64,000 nucleotides of DNA from a virus. Location: the IMG/VR virus record IMGVR_UViG_3300037502_001683, positions 6,252 to 70,251 of that record. One strand, 5' to 3'. Below are positions 39,147-49,241 of this stretch, piece after piece. The first letter of the stretch is position 1; the number at the start of each line of letters is the position of its first letter. The position numbers and the translations under genes are program-made. The notes under the pieces were generated by a model. The model had not been told where the DNA came from. It saw only the letters and a list, made by a program, of their open reading frames with translations, and did not search any database.

Positions 39147-39521
39147 ATGGCTCAACTACCGATTGCCCAAGCGGATATTTGCATCTTCCAAGGGGCTACT
39201 TTCGATCAAGTCTTGTATTATGAAACTGGAGAACCCTCAACTCCAGTCGATCTTACTGGATATACGGCCAAGATGCAAATTCGTTCAAAGCCCGAATCCA
39301 AAGCTGTAATTCTTGAGTTGTCTACCGATGTAGGTAATGGTAGGATCACCCTAAATTATTCTGGTAACAATGGGGCTATTCGACTTTTTATCTCGGCTGC
39401 TGACACGGCGAACCTCTCGGTCTGTGACAAGGCCGTATATGACCTATTCCTATACAACGGGGCCGTCAAGCTTCCAATCCTGTCGGGCAATGTTATCATT
39501 TCAAAGACTGTTACGCGATGA
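39147..39521 (+). CDS. Virion adaptor/baseplate-like Ig-fold protein
   Basis: I.QGATF...PVDLTGYTAKMQIR...VYDL pattern. Confidence 0.75.
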   Translation: MAQLPIAQADICIFQGATFDQVLYYETGEPSTPVDLTGYTAKMQIRSKPESKAVILELSTDVGNGRITLNYSGNNGAIRLFISAADTANLSVCDKAVYDLFLYNGAVKLPILSGNVIISKTVTR

Positions 39522-39841
39522 GTAAAATTTGCATTCCAATCCCATCTTCCACTGTTATTGGAGTTTCTTCAACCCCGATTCAAACCCCCAGCGTCAACAT
39601 TCTTCGTGTTGAGCCATCAATCACAGGATTGGATGGGGGCGGAGCAACTAATCTTGACGGACTTAATACGGTGAGCGGAAACTACGCTGTTGGCATTGTT
39701 ATATTTTTGGTGATCGACGGAATCCCAGCGATCTATCAACTAACCAATGGCACAGACGAACAAAACTTGCCATTTGTAGTCAGGCCCAACGACTATGATA
39801 GCCAAACAGGAACAAAGCGGGTTTGGAAGCGACTAATGTAA
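39518..39841 (+). CDS. Small structural protein
   Basis: ITGL.GGG..NLDG...VRP.DY...VW; tail module context. Confidence 0.7.
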   Translation: MSKICIPIPSSTVIGVSSTPIQTPSVNILRVEPSITGLDGGGATNLDGLNTVSGNYAVGIVIFLVIDGIPAIYQLTNGTDEQNLPFVVRPNDYDSQTGTKRVWKRLM

Positions 39842-39842
39842 A

Positions 39843-41921
39843 ATGAAATATATTCTCTCACTTATTATCAGTGGAGCCTTGGTTGTTTCGGGCTTCGGGC
39901 AAACTCGCAATGTGCTGGTTAATACCAACAATGCCGTAGTCCAGCCTACCAACTTCTGGAGTGCTGACGCCTCCAATGCTCGCTCTGGTCTTGGACTCGG
40001 AAGCGCGGCTACCAATGCTTCTTCGGCATTCCAAGGTTCTTCTTTGGTTCTTTCCAATTTGGCTTCCAGCAATGGGGTCAACCTGACAAACATTCCATTG
40101 TCTGGGGTTGTGGGAGCCTTGGCCACCAATGGCAATGGCGCAGGATTAACGAATCTCACAGCAGCCAATATCACGGGAACCGTGGGGTTGGCATCTAATG
40201 TCACGGGAACGATCGCTATTAGCAATGGAGGAACGGGAGCCACCAACGCGGGTGGGGCAAGGACGAATTTGGGGTTGGGGTGGAATGGCTTAACCAATAC
40301 TAATGCTAGTGATTTTAGAAATGCTCTAGAACTTGGCAGCATAAATTCAGTTAGCTTTACAAGAATAACAGTTGATCCATCAGTAGACGCATCAGCTATT
40401 AGATTTGGAACAAATATTACTGGATTTTGGTCTGGACCAAATACAAATTATAGTTCTTTTAGTGTTAGGGCTGGTGGAAACAATCTTGTTTTATTTGAAA
40501 CCAACAGAGTATTATTTTTTACAAATATTGTTTTTGATGGAGGTTCGTCTGGCTCTGTTGCGGGCGCTACACGAACCAATCTTGGATTAGGTGCCACCAA
40601 TGTTGTAGAATTCAATGAAATTGTTATTGGCAATGGAAGAATCAACTATGGCGGGGGTAGCCCGAACGGGTTAAGACTTTTTGATGGAACAAATGAGGGT
40701 ATAAGGATTATTGGTGATACCGCTGTTGGAAGATTTAGCGGATCTCTTAGTGGTTTGATAAATCTTGGAACTGGAAGCAGTATTACATTTGGCGCAAATA
40801 GTCAGGGAATTATTTTCAATGACACCAATGCAAGAAACATTACGCGCACCAATTTAGGTCTGGGCCTCCCAGCATTAACCAATACTAACAACTCCGATTT
40901 CCTTGCGGCATTCTTCGGAGCCAATACCAATCCAGTTTTAGTCAACACCAACGGAGAAGTGGTAAGCCCGACCAACTTTTGGCAAGTGGCTCCGATATCC
41001 ACAACTGTTCAATATCAGACAAATGTTACTGAAACATCCACAAATGCCGCGACAAACAGCCGTAATCTTTTCTTGTTTAGTCTCGCTCCTTCGGTGTCGG
41101 GAGTGACGAATACGGTCACGCTGCCGACCAACCCCGCAACCACATTTGAAGGAGACAGGGCCACTATTACTCATCTAGCCCAAACAACCAACGCAGTGAC
41201 GGCTATTAGGCAATTGGGCGCAGCAACCAATCTAATCACTCTCAACCAGCTTGATGAGGCGGTTCTATTGATGTATCGCGGTGGAGCATGGATATTGGCC
41301 GATAATATCTCCTACATTGAGCCTATCTATTTTTCGGGCACCAACGCCGCAGCCAATGCGGCTTCAAGCAGAACCAATCTTGGACTTGGAGCTACATGGC
41401 TCACCAATACCAATGCAGCAACGTTTCGCACTGACATTGGGTTGGGCTGGTCGGCGTTGACCAATAGCAATGCGGCAACGGCACTGCTCGGCTATAACAA
41501 AACTAATGGACGGGTGGTTTATTCTGAGGAGAATATGCTGACGTTTACAAACAATATATCTATTTTTGAAGACGTTGAGGCCGTCGAACTTATTAGAGAT
41601 GCTGCTTCAGAATTTCTTTATGGTATTACAATGGGTTCTGCGTTGTCTTTTTTTGGCACTAATACGGAACTATCTGCTTCCACCACCCGCACCAACCTCG
41701 GCCTTGGGGCCACCAACAGCGTCTCCTTCTCCAATGTCACGGCATCTGGAACTCTGACAGCTACTGGCACTGTGACGGCAACCACCAATCTTGTGGTTAA
41801 TGGGTTTGTAGACTTCTCCACCAACCACACCAACTCAAACCCCGCAACCAACAACCAGATCAATGACTTCATTGAGATTCGTGTTGGAACCAATCAATTC
41901 TGGCTACCAGTTTATAAATGA
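39843..41921 (+). CDS. Tail-fibre-like Asn/Thr-rich protein with RTNLGLG repeats and a signal-peptide-like N-terminus
   Basis: Eight RxxLGLG-type repeats, GGTGAT motif, C-terminal WLPVY. Confidence 0.8.
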   Translation: MKYILSLIISGALVVSGFGQTRNVLVNTNNAVVQPTNFWSADASNARSGLGLGSAATNASSAFQGSSLVLSNLASSNGVNLTNIPLSGVVGALATNGNGAGLTNLTAANITGTVGLASNVTGTIAISNGGTGATNAGGARTNLGLGWNGLTNTNASDFRNALELGSINSVSFTRITVDPSVDASAIRFGTNITGFWSGPNTNYSSFSVRAGGNNLVLFETNRVLFFTNIVFDGGSSGSVAGATRTNLGLGATNVVEFNEIVIGNGRINYGGGSPNGLRLFDGTNEGIRIIGDTAVGRFSGSLSGLINLGTGSSITFGANSQGIIFNDTNARNITRTNLGLGLPALTNTNNSDFLAAFFGANTNPVLVNTNGEVVSPTNFWQVAPISTTVQYQTNVTETSTNAATNSRNLFLFSLAPSVSGVTNTVTLPTNPATTFEGDRATITHLAQTTNAVTAIRQLGAATNLITLNQLDEAVLLMYRGGAWILADNISYIEPIYFSGTNAAANAASSRTNLGLGATWLTNTNAATFRTDIGLGWSALTNSNAATALLGYNKTNGRVVYSEENMLTFTNNISIFEDVEAVELIRDAASEFLYGITMGSALSFFGTNTELSASTTRTNLGLGATNSVSFSNVTASGTLTATGTVTATTNLVVNGFVDFSTNHTNSNPATNNQINDFIEIRVGTNQFWLPVYK

Positions 41922-42286
41922 CCAACTACTGGAGACTTGAGAGAGATATTGAAATCGTCCAAGGAAAAACATGGACGGCAAAGTTTCGTTATCTGACCAA
42001 GTCCTGCAACGGGAAATCCAATGTGCCCGTCAACCTTTCGGGCTACGGGGCCAACATGGTGATTCGGGAGTGTGCCAAGGATAGTGCTACATTGCTCACA
42101 TTGACCTCTGGAAGTGGGATTGCCTTGGGTGGAGCGGCGGGAACCATCGAAATCGAAATCACCGCCACACAGGCCGCAAACCTTACCGCTGGAGACAACG
42201 TTTACGAAATAGAGCTTTATCAGGGATACACCTATATAGCTTTTGCAACTGGTAAGGCCAAGGTTTATCAAGAAATTGCGCGATAA
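41918..42286 (+). CDS. Second adaptor paralogue
   Basis: I.QGKTW...PVNLSGY.A.M.IR...VYEIEL. Confidence 0.75.
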   Translation: MTNYWRLERDIEIVQGKTWTAKFRYLTKSCNGKSNVPVNLSGYGANMVIRECAKDSATLLTLTSGSGIALGGAAGTIEIEITATQAANLTAGDNVYEIELYQGYTYIAFATGKAKVYQEIAR

Positions 42287-42287
42287 T

Positions 42288-43610
42288 ATGTCTGTAGAAA
42301 TTATAGAAATAATCAAAAACGGTTTTGAGGTTATTGAGGTGGTGGAGCGGGGGCCAATTGGCCCAGTTGGCCCAGTTGGCCCAACGGCTGTTACAAGTGT
42401 TGGAATAAGCGGCTCAGATGGTATAGAAGTGGATTCGGGGTCTCCTGTGACAGGCGCGGGAACCATTACTTTAGGGATCAACGCCGCAACTCTAAGAAGC
42501 CATATCAACGTGGCAGACGGGGCCGAAGTGAACGTCAACGCAGACTGGAACGCCACAACGGGCGATGCCCAGATACTTAACAAGCCCTCGTTCAACACAG
42601 GTAAAACAATCTACGTTGACGCGGGAGTTGGAACAGACACGAGAACAGGGTTGTCGAAATACGATGCTTCTAAACCCTTTTTGACCATCGCGGCAGCAGT
42701 TGCTGCTTCGGCTGTCGGTGATTTGGTGTGGGTTCGTAATGGAAGTTATACGATAACTTCAACGATTGATTTGAATAATAAAGGCAACACCTATTTCGAG
42801 CCAAATACTACAGTTGTCGTTCCTAACGGAATTGTAGCATTTACCTATTCCACCAATTCTGCATCAGCGGCAGTATCTATCGATGGGCAGGCAAACTTTT
42901 TTATTCAAGGAAGCGGTGGATTGATACAAAAAGGCGGTGCATCAGTAATGTATTTTCGTTGCAAATCTATATTAGATTTGGTTCCAGCCTCCCCTTCAGC
43001 TAAAATCCTATTTTCTTGCACAGGGGGAACCTTTTTTGTCAACGCCGAAGCAATTACCACGCCTTCTGCTTCAGTGTTTCAAGTTACAGATACTGATAAT
43101 ATCGATTCCGTAATATCTGCTAATGTACCATATATTATCGGAGGTAATGTCATTGATGTTAGCGGAACATCAACACCATTTAGGAAAGCAGGTTTCAGTG
43201 GGGATTTTTGGAGTATAGGCAGCTATGGTCAACCAGTCAAAATAACTGGCTCTGCTAATGCAAGCATTTTATTGAGAAGTGTAATTTATAGATTTAGCGG
43301 ACTCTATACGCAACCTGCTATTCGTCTTATATCAAATTCTAATGCGTATGGACATGGTATAATTTTTCGTGGTGGCACCATAAGAGAACCAAACAACAAC
43401 CCTGCGGTTGGCATTGAAGGCGATAATTGGGCCACTGGAAGAATAGCTTTTATGAATACAATGTTTCAAACTAATACTAATGTACCTTGTATTAGTTCTG
43501 ATAGAGCGAGAAATGTTTCTATGACTACTTGTTATGCACAAAATTCTGCATCTTCAGAGACAAATATTGTGTGTGGTAGCTTGGTTGTAGACCCAGATTT
43601 TGATTGGTAA
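42288..43610 (+). CDS. Tail spike/receptor-binding protein with short collagen repeat and beta-helix-like body
   Basis: GPIGPVGPVGP, VNADWNA..G.A.ILNKP, IYVD..G.D...KPFLTIAAA...GD.V.V..G.Y. Confidence 0.8.
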   Translation: MSVEIIEIIKNGFEVIEVVERGPIGPVGPVGPTAVTSVGISGSDGIEVDSGSPVTGAGTITLGINAATLRSHINVADGAEVNVNADWNATTGDAQILNKPSFNTGKTIYVDAGVGTDTRTGLSKYDASKPFLTIAAAVAASAVGDLVWVRNGSYTITSTIDLNNKGNTYFEPNTTVVVPNGIVAFTYSTNSASAAVSIDGQANFFIQGSGGLIQKGGASVMYFRCKSILDLVPASPSAKILFSCTGGTFFVNAEAITTPSASVFQVTDTDNIDSVISANVPYIIGGNVIDVSGTSTPFRKAGFSGDFWSIGSYGQPVKITGSANASILLRSVIYRFSGLYTQPAIRLISNSNAYGHGIIFRGGTIREPNNNPAVGIEGDNWATGRIAFMNTMFQTNTNVPCISSDRARNVSMTTCYAQNSASSETNIVCGSLVVDPDFDW

Positions 43611-43612
43611 TT

Positions 43613-43715
43613 GCAAACGTGAATATTTTAGGCGGCACATTGAATGTTGATACTGATTTTAACTTCTAATATCAGCGTGTCTGGAGTTTACACACAAATA
43701 GCCGCAATATTTTAA
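43613..43715 (+). pseudogene. Relic alternative C-termini of the tail spike
   Basis: ANVNILGGTLNVDTDFNF* (43613-43669) aligns with the present end SETNIVCGSLVVDPDFDW*; then SNISVSGVYTQIAAIF* (43665-43715). Confidence 0.65.
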
Positions 43716-43792
43716 GTAGTAATATGCAAGAAAAAGTAATAGAAGCAGTCATATTTTATCGACTCGTTGCTCTCAGCTTATTCAGCAATAGT

Positions 43793-43821
43793 TTGACTTT
43801 TAACAGATCAACAAATAAACT
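43793..43821 (+). promoter_or_regulatory. sigma70-like promoter for the portal gene
   Basis: TTGACT-17 nt-TAAACT, 9 nt before the ATG. Confidence 0.7.
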
Positions 43822-43830
43822 TATACACTA

Positions 43831-46104
43831 ATGGCTTCTAGCGGAAATACAGAATTAGAGAATCTATCAGAGAGCGGTGCAGCGCCTAAAAAGCGGATCA
43901 AGTCATCCGATAGTCTCGTTTCTATCGCAGATAAGTATATCGAACAAGATGAGGATGCGGCGTATCTTCGGGCGCGGGCGCAAGCCTTGGTCAATGGAGA
44001 GGCCCCCTACGATGCCGAAGAACTGAAAAGTAAAGGATTGACCCATGTGGTTAATGCCAACTTCGGGGAAGCCAACGCTATTATGGAAGCGGCCTTGGCC
44101 CCGTATATCGAACTTCAAAACGGCGTTCCGCGCATTGCTAATGTCATCATGGACTCCTACGAAGGAGACTCCAATGAGGATTCCGAAATCATCTCTGAAG
44201 AGTTTGATTGGATGCTTAAAGAATGGAGTGACCATGCCTACAATATGCAGCTTCTTTCCCGCGAGTTTGTGGGTGACGGGGTCGGGGTTGCCATGTGGCC
44301 CGATGAACGCTCCATCTTCTGGGAGCCTTGCGGACTCAAAGACTTCAAGGTAGCCCGTGACACTAAAGTATCAGATGAGGCCATCGAAGTAGCCATTGTC
44401 CAACGCTCCATGAGCGTGAGCGAGCTATACCACTATATCCGCAATCCTAAAGCAGCAAAAGCCTTGGGTTGGAATCTTAATGCGGTTAAGCAGGCCATTT
44501 GGAAGGCTTCGACCAAGCGCGACCAGTGGAAAAACTACACCGCTCACTGGGAAGACTTTGAGCGCGAAATAAAAGAAAACGACCTTTATGCGGGTGAATC
44601 TGCATATCATAGAGCGCAGCTAATCTATGGATACAATCGCGAATTTGATGGCAAGTTTACCCAGCTTATCGGTTCCCGCGATTCTTCGGACTTCCTCTAC
44701 GAGCGGTATAGCCGCTACGGAAACGTAAACCAATGCTTTGTCATTTTCACATACGGAGTTGGTCAAGGGACGTTCCACACCATTCGCGGACTCAAGCAGA
44801 AGATCTACAATCAGATCCAGATTTCTAATAGGGTTCTTTGCCAATCGGCCCAAGCCGCTATCACGGCTGGACTCATCCAGTTGCAGGGTGATGCCGAAGC
44901 CATCCAAGACTTCCAGTATATCGAAGTCGGGCCGTATACATTCATCCCTAGTGGGCTGACCCCGATCCAACTTCAACCTCCGTCGATTGCTACACAGGGT
45001 CTTCCTGTCTATAATCTGATGAGCCAAGTGTTGCAGAATAACACAGGTAGTTACCGCTCGCGGCAAACTAGCCCAGACGGCCAAGCCCGTTCTGCCACGG
45101 AAGTTGTTCAGCAAGCCCGCCAAGAATCCACGCTCAACGCCGCAGCACTGGAACTCTTTTACACTCCGTATAATAAACTCTTAACCGAGCAATACCGCAG
45201 GGCGGTAAACCCCTATCTGACTGCCAACGATAAGGGCGGAGCTTTGGCTCTTGAATTCCGCCGCCGCTGTGCCCGTCGAGGAGTGTCTGTCGAGCGTATG
45301 CGCCAGTTTCTCAAGGTCACGGCATTCCGTGCCATGGGTGACGGAAGTCCTGTGATGACCGAGATGGCAAGCAGGCAACTCATGGAACTCTATTCCTTGA
45401 TGGACGAGAAAGGTAAGGAGAATACGCTCCGTTCTGTCATTGCTGGCATCTCTGGGGTGGGTTGGCAGAAGGTTAATCTCTTTGTCTCCGACAAGGGGCC
45501 GCGCCGAACCATCGATTACGATATTGCTAATCTTGAGAACGGCAACCTCCGTCAAGGTATCCAGCAGATGGTTCACGACAGCCAGAATCATGCGGTGCAT
45601 ATCGAAGCACACATCCCGATGATTGCCGAAATTATTGAGGCCCATAGGCAGCAGCAGATGGCCGATGAGCAAGCAATGCAAATCCTTCGTCCCGCCGCAG
45701 ACCATGTGACCGAACACCTTGTCTTATTCTCAAACAACAGTTATAGGGCACAGGAGGTTCGCGAACTTCGCCGCCAACTTCAAAACCTCACAGCTTATAT
45801 CGATGAATTAGAGCAACAGGTCATTAACCGCATGATGGCCCAACAGAGCCAGATGCAGGAACAAGCCATGCAGCAAGTGCCTCAAGGCCAGATCGACCCC
45901 CGTGCCGAAATGGAACTCCAGAAGGCTCAGTTGAAGTTGGCTGAGATGCAGGAGAAGCGGATGATGAACCAAGAAACCCATCAGCAAAAGATGGAGACTA
46001 TTCGTCAGCAGATGGCTCTTAATGATCTTAAAACCCGTAGTTCTATTTTAGAGAAGACGGCAAGACCAGCAGGCCGACCCCCGATGGCCGCACAAACAGC
46101 GTAA
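43831..46104 (+). CDS. Portal protein
   Basis: 757 aa, SATEV motif, Gln-rich barrel C-terminus, upstream of scaffold and capsid. Confidence 0.85.
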   Translation: MASSGNTELENLSESGAAPKKRIKSSDSLVSIADKYIEQDEDAAYLRARAQALVNGEAPYDAEELKSKGLTHVVNANFGEANAIMEAALAPYIELQNGVPRIANVIMDSYEGDSNEDSEIISEEFDWMLKEWSDHAYNMQLLSREFVGDGVGVAMWPDERSIFWEPCGLKDFKVARDTKVSDEAIEVAIVQRSMSVSELYHYIRNPKAAKALGWNLNAVKQAIWKASTKRDQWKNYTAHWEDFEREIKENDLYAGESAYHRAQLIYGYNREFDGKFTQLIGSRDSSDFLYERYSRYGNVNQCFVIFTYGVGQGTFHTIRGLKQKIYNQIQISNRVLCQSAQAAITAGLIQLQGDAEAIQDFQYIEVGPYTFIPSGLTPIQLQPPSIATQGLPVYNLMSQVLQNNTGSYRSRQTSPDGQARSATEVVQQARQESTLNAAALELFYTPYNKLLTEQYRRAVNPYLTANDKGGALALEFRRRCARRGVSVERMRQFLKVTAFRAMGDGSPVMTEMASRQLMELYSLMDEKGKENTLRSVIAGISGVGWQKVNLFVSDKGPRRTIDYDIANLENGNLRQGIQQMVHDSQNHAVHIEAHIPMIAEIIEAHRQQQMADEQAMQILRPAADHVTEHLVLFSNNSYRAQEVRELRRQLQNLTAYIDELEQQVINRMMAQQSQMQEQAMQQVPQGQIDPRAEMELQKAQLKLAEMQEKRMMNQETHQQKMETIRQQMALNDLKTRSSILEKTARPAGRPPMAAQTA

Positions 46105-46161
46105 AATTTACGATATTTATACTAGACAAGATTATAATCTGCGTATAGTTAGGACTTATTA

Positions 46162-46452
46162 ATGGAGTGGACAGATCAAGATGCCCGCGAGTGGGCTAAA
46201 ACATGGGCGATGCCCCATATGCAGAAGGGACTTAAATTTATTTCCAAACGGGTTCGCCCGAAACGGAGCAGCAGTCCTGTGGCGCAAGGTTTCGATCTGT
46301 CGCCAGTGTTCATTAAGAGCGCGGGATTTTATGAAGGCTCACAAGAGGTGATGGATCTCATTGAGACTCTTGGTTATGGTCAGGTAAATAAACCTAAATT
46401 TGACTTGCCAGAACCCTTTTCCCATATAACTTCAGAAGAACAAACCAAATAA
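46162..46452 (+). CDS. Small head-region protein
   Basis: Between portal and scaffold. Confidence 0.7.
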   Translation: MEWTDQDAREWAKTWAMPHMQKGLKFISKRVRPKRSSSPVAQGFDLSPVFIKSAGFYEGSQEVMDLIETLGYGQVNKPKFDLPEPFSHITSEEQTK

Positions 46453-46465
46453 CTAATATACTACC

Positions 46466-47797
46466 ATGGCTGATATCCTTAATTCCGCCCTCACGGGTGA
46501 CGCAGACTTTGCTGGCACAATCTTTGGCGGCAAAAACCAAGAACCTGTAGCAGAAGCTCCGAGTGAAGCGCCCGCGCCCGAAGCAACCCCCGAAGTTTCC
46601 CCCGAAGCCCCGAAAGAGGAAACTCCCAAAGAGGAGAAAAAGGTTCCCGTCAAAGCGGAATCCAAGACCGAAAAGAAGTCCAAGTCCACCAAGGAAGAAG
46701 TAGAAAAGAAGGTTGCGGATATCACCAAAGAGGTATCATCTAAGGATACTAACGAGCAAAAAGAGGCAAAAAGTGAAGATCCCAGTGAAGATCTTCCGCT
46801 CAACCCCCACTTCCAAGATAAGGCGGTAGCCGACAAGCCCGAAGGGGATGATTCTGAGAAGGGAATCTCAAGCTGGAAAGAGATCAAAACTGAAATGAAA
46901 AAGGCCCGCGAGGAGCGGGACCGCCTCAAAGCCGAATTGGAAGCCACCAAGGAGAAGGTGGGTAAATATGAAGGTGAGACGGTCAAAACCCTCCAAGAAG
47001 AGCTAGAGGGCTACAAAACCCGCATTGCCGAGCTAAATCGCGAGCTAAAGACCGCCAACTTTGAAAGAAGCCCCGAATACGTTGAATCCATCAAAAAGCC
47101 TCTGGCGGGCCTTCAGGGCGATTTAAAGGCCATTGCAGAAGCCAATGACGCCGACTTCTCCAAACTCTGGCAAGCCCTGACCGAGCCAGACGCCCGCAAA
47201 CGCATCGACTCTTTGGAAGACCTAACCTCCGACTTCAAGCGCATGGAACAGTTGTCCATTGTCAAGATGGCCGACAAATACCATGAATTGGCCCAATACC
47301 ATGAGCGGTTCCAGAAGGAGGCCGAGACCCTCGCAGAAGCAGAAGCCGCTCGCAAGGCCCAGTCTGAGCAGGAGTTTATTGAAAACGACCTCCGCCTCCA
47401 GAAGGCATTCACGGCCAAAACATGGACCAATCTGGAAGACCGCCATAACTTCCTACAAGAAGTTGAGGGTCAGGATGAGTGGAACACCCATTTGCGTAAC
47501 GCCAAGAAGACCGCCGCCGAGACCAATCTGGATCGTTTGAGCGTCGAAGACCGAAGCGCCATCCTCGCACGGGCTGCTGTTGTCCCCTTCCTAGAATCAG
47601 CCATCAACCACTATACCACCCAAATGGAGCGGGTGAACGCCGAAAAAGACGCCAAGATCAAGGAACTCAAGACTCAGCTAGAGGGATTGGTCGGAGCCAC
47701 GCCCAGCTTGGGCAAGGCCACCGAGACCGATAGCAATGACGATGGGGATGAAAATCCCGACAGCCTGATGAATTTCGGAAAATCTATATTCCGCTAA
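46466..47797 (+). CDS. Capsid scaffolding protein
   Basis: Acidic, Pro/Lys/Glu-rich N-terminus, long coiled coil, directly before the capsid gene. Confidence 0.75.
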   Translation: MADILNSALTGDADFAGTIFGGKNQEPVAEAPSEAPAPEATPEVSPEAPKEETPKEEKKVPVKAESKTEKKSKSTKEEVEKKVADITKEVSSKDTNEQKEAKSEDPSEDLPLNPHFQDKAVADKPEGDDSEKGISSWKEIKTEMKKAREERDRLKAELEATKEKVGKYEGETVKTLQEELEGYKTRIAELNRELKTANFERSPEYVESIKKPLAGLQGDLKAIAEANDADFSKLWQALTEPDARKRIDSLEDLTSDFKRMEQLSIVKMADKYHELAQYHERFQKEAETLAEAEAARKAQSEQEFIENDLRLQKAFTAKTWTNLEDRHNFLQEVEGQDEWNTHLRNAKKTAAETNLDRLSVEDRSAILARAAVVPFLESAINHYTTQMERVNAEKDAKIKELKTQLEGLVGATPSLGKATETDSNDDGDENPDSLMNFGKSIFR

Positions 47798-47807
47798 AAT
47801 TCTGCTA

Positions 47808-47970
47808 TTGACAAATTTAGGGAAATGTAATAATTTCCCACCAAGACTGAAGTCTGAGTTGGTCGCAGACACCTCGCTGGCGGGTTAGCGCCTTCAAAAT
47901 TTGTAGCCGTAAATTTCTGGTCGCGGCCCAGAAACTCAACCGATAGACGGGCATTTTATGCCTCGATATC
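47808..47970 (+). promoter_or_regulatory. Capsid promoter and structured 5' leader
   Basis: TTGACA-17 nt-TAATTT with an overlapping GGGAAAT-N6-ATTTCCC palindrome, then five hairpins. Confidence 0.65.
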
Positions 47971-48006
47971 AAAACTAACCCATAAACCAAATAGAAATAA
48001 AATAAT

Positions 48007-49233
48007 ATGTCAGCACAAACTGCTACTACCTGTGAGGCTATTAGCGACCAGTTTCAACGCGAGACTGGACGTATCGCTCTTGGCACTCATCGCTTGGGTC
48101 TTTATAAAGATCCCTATCTGCGTTTTGTCACCCAGTCGGCCTTCCCCGACAATATGGGCAAAACGATCACCAACACCATCGCCCAGCGCACGGTTGCCAC
48201 TGGCAGCGGCTGGGAGGAAATCGGTGTGACTGGTGAGTCTGGTCAGGACAACTCCTGCTTGGCTCCCGTCAAGAAAGTCGGCTACGCCTTCGACCAAAAG
48301 ACCTTTTCGCTCCGCCATCAGGCGATTGAGTCGGATTGGATCTGCTTGGAAGACGTTCGTACTTCGGCCTTCCCGATTGATGATGTCAACAACTACATCA
48401 AAATCCTTGCCGACAACGTCAACAAGGAATGGATTGAGCGTTATGACAACGACTACTATGCCGCTGTGACGAAAGTCTCCGTGGAACCTGGCCTTGCCGA
48501 GTCCACGGGAAGTTCGTTTGGTTCCTTGCCGAACCCGACCTCCGTCCTCACGATTGGCGTCCTTCGTGAACTCTATGATCGTCTCTACCAGAACAACGCT
48601 GGTGATGACGGTGATGCGGTTACCGATGATGGCTCGCCCGTCTTCAACGTGTTTGCCGAACGCGCCACGATTGAGAACCTGATCAAACTCAACGACGATG
48701 TCCGTCAGGACATTCGCTGGAGTGATCGCGTTAACGATCTGCTTGGTGCCAACGGTTCCTCGCTGTTGCCCCGCAAGGCTTACGGTGGATTCGTGTTCCA
48801 TAGCCGTCCGTTCCCGAAACGTTTCAACGACAACGGTTCTGGTGGTTATGTCGAAGTTGCTCCGTATATCGCTACGAGCGGCGCGACCAAAGGAACCAAG
48901 TTCATCATCAACCCCGCCTACAAGGCTGCGAAGTACACCTCCACGGTGATCTTCCACCCGAAGGCCGTTGAGTGGCTTGTCCCGAATCCCAACCTCAAGG
49001 TTGGCAAGCTTGTCTATGATGCTCAGAACTATCGCGGAGATTTCCGCTGGATCAATGAGTACGACAAGAACTGCAACCCTGACAAAAACAGCGGTTACTG
49101 GCGTGCCAAGATGGCTTGCGCGGCGAAGCAGATTTTCCCCGAATTCGGGTTCTACATTCTGCACCTCCGTTGCAACCTCGCGAACGACCTCGTCGCCTGC
49201 CCTAGCGGCTCTGGCTACGGATACTTGGTCTAA
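48007..49233 (+). CDS. Major capsid protein
   Basis: 408 aa, strongly biased high-expression codons, position after the scaffold, own promoter and 3' hairpin. Confidence 0.85.
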   Translation: MSAQTATTCEAISDQFQRETGRIALGTHRLGLYKDPYLRFVTQSAFPDNMGKTITNTIAQRTVATGSGWEEIGVTGESGQDNSCLAPVKKVGYAFDQKTFSLRHQAIESDWICLEDVRTSAFPIDDVNNYIKILADNVNKEWIERYDNDYYAAVTKVSVEPGLAESTGSSFGSLPNPTSVLTIGVLRELYDRLYQNNAGDDGDAVTDDGSPVFNVFAERATIENLIKLNDDVRQDIRWSDRVNDLLGANGSSLLPRKAYGGFVFHSRPFPKRFNDNGSGGYVEVAPYIATSGATKGTKFIINPAYKAAKYTSTVIFHPKAVEWLVPNPNLKVGKLVYDAQNYRGDFRWINEYDKNCNPDKNSGYWRAKMACAAKQIFPEFGFYILHLRCNLANDLVACPSGSGYGYLV

Positions 49234-49241
49234 TAGTTAGG

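Noticed and set aside
39843-41921. Repeats as a CRISPR array or diversity-generating retroelement
   Set aside because: The repeats are degenerate protein-level motifs; no fixed repeat-spacer period, reverse transcriptase or adenine-variant TR/VR pair was seen.
48010-49164. 384-aa antisense ORF and similar long shadow ORFs (49590-50303, 3516-4082, 41912-42598)
   Set aside because: Explained by codon bias of the real genes on the opposite strand; no motifs.
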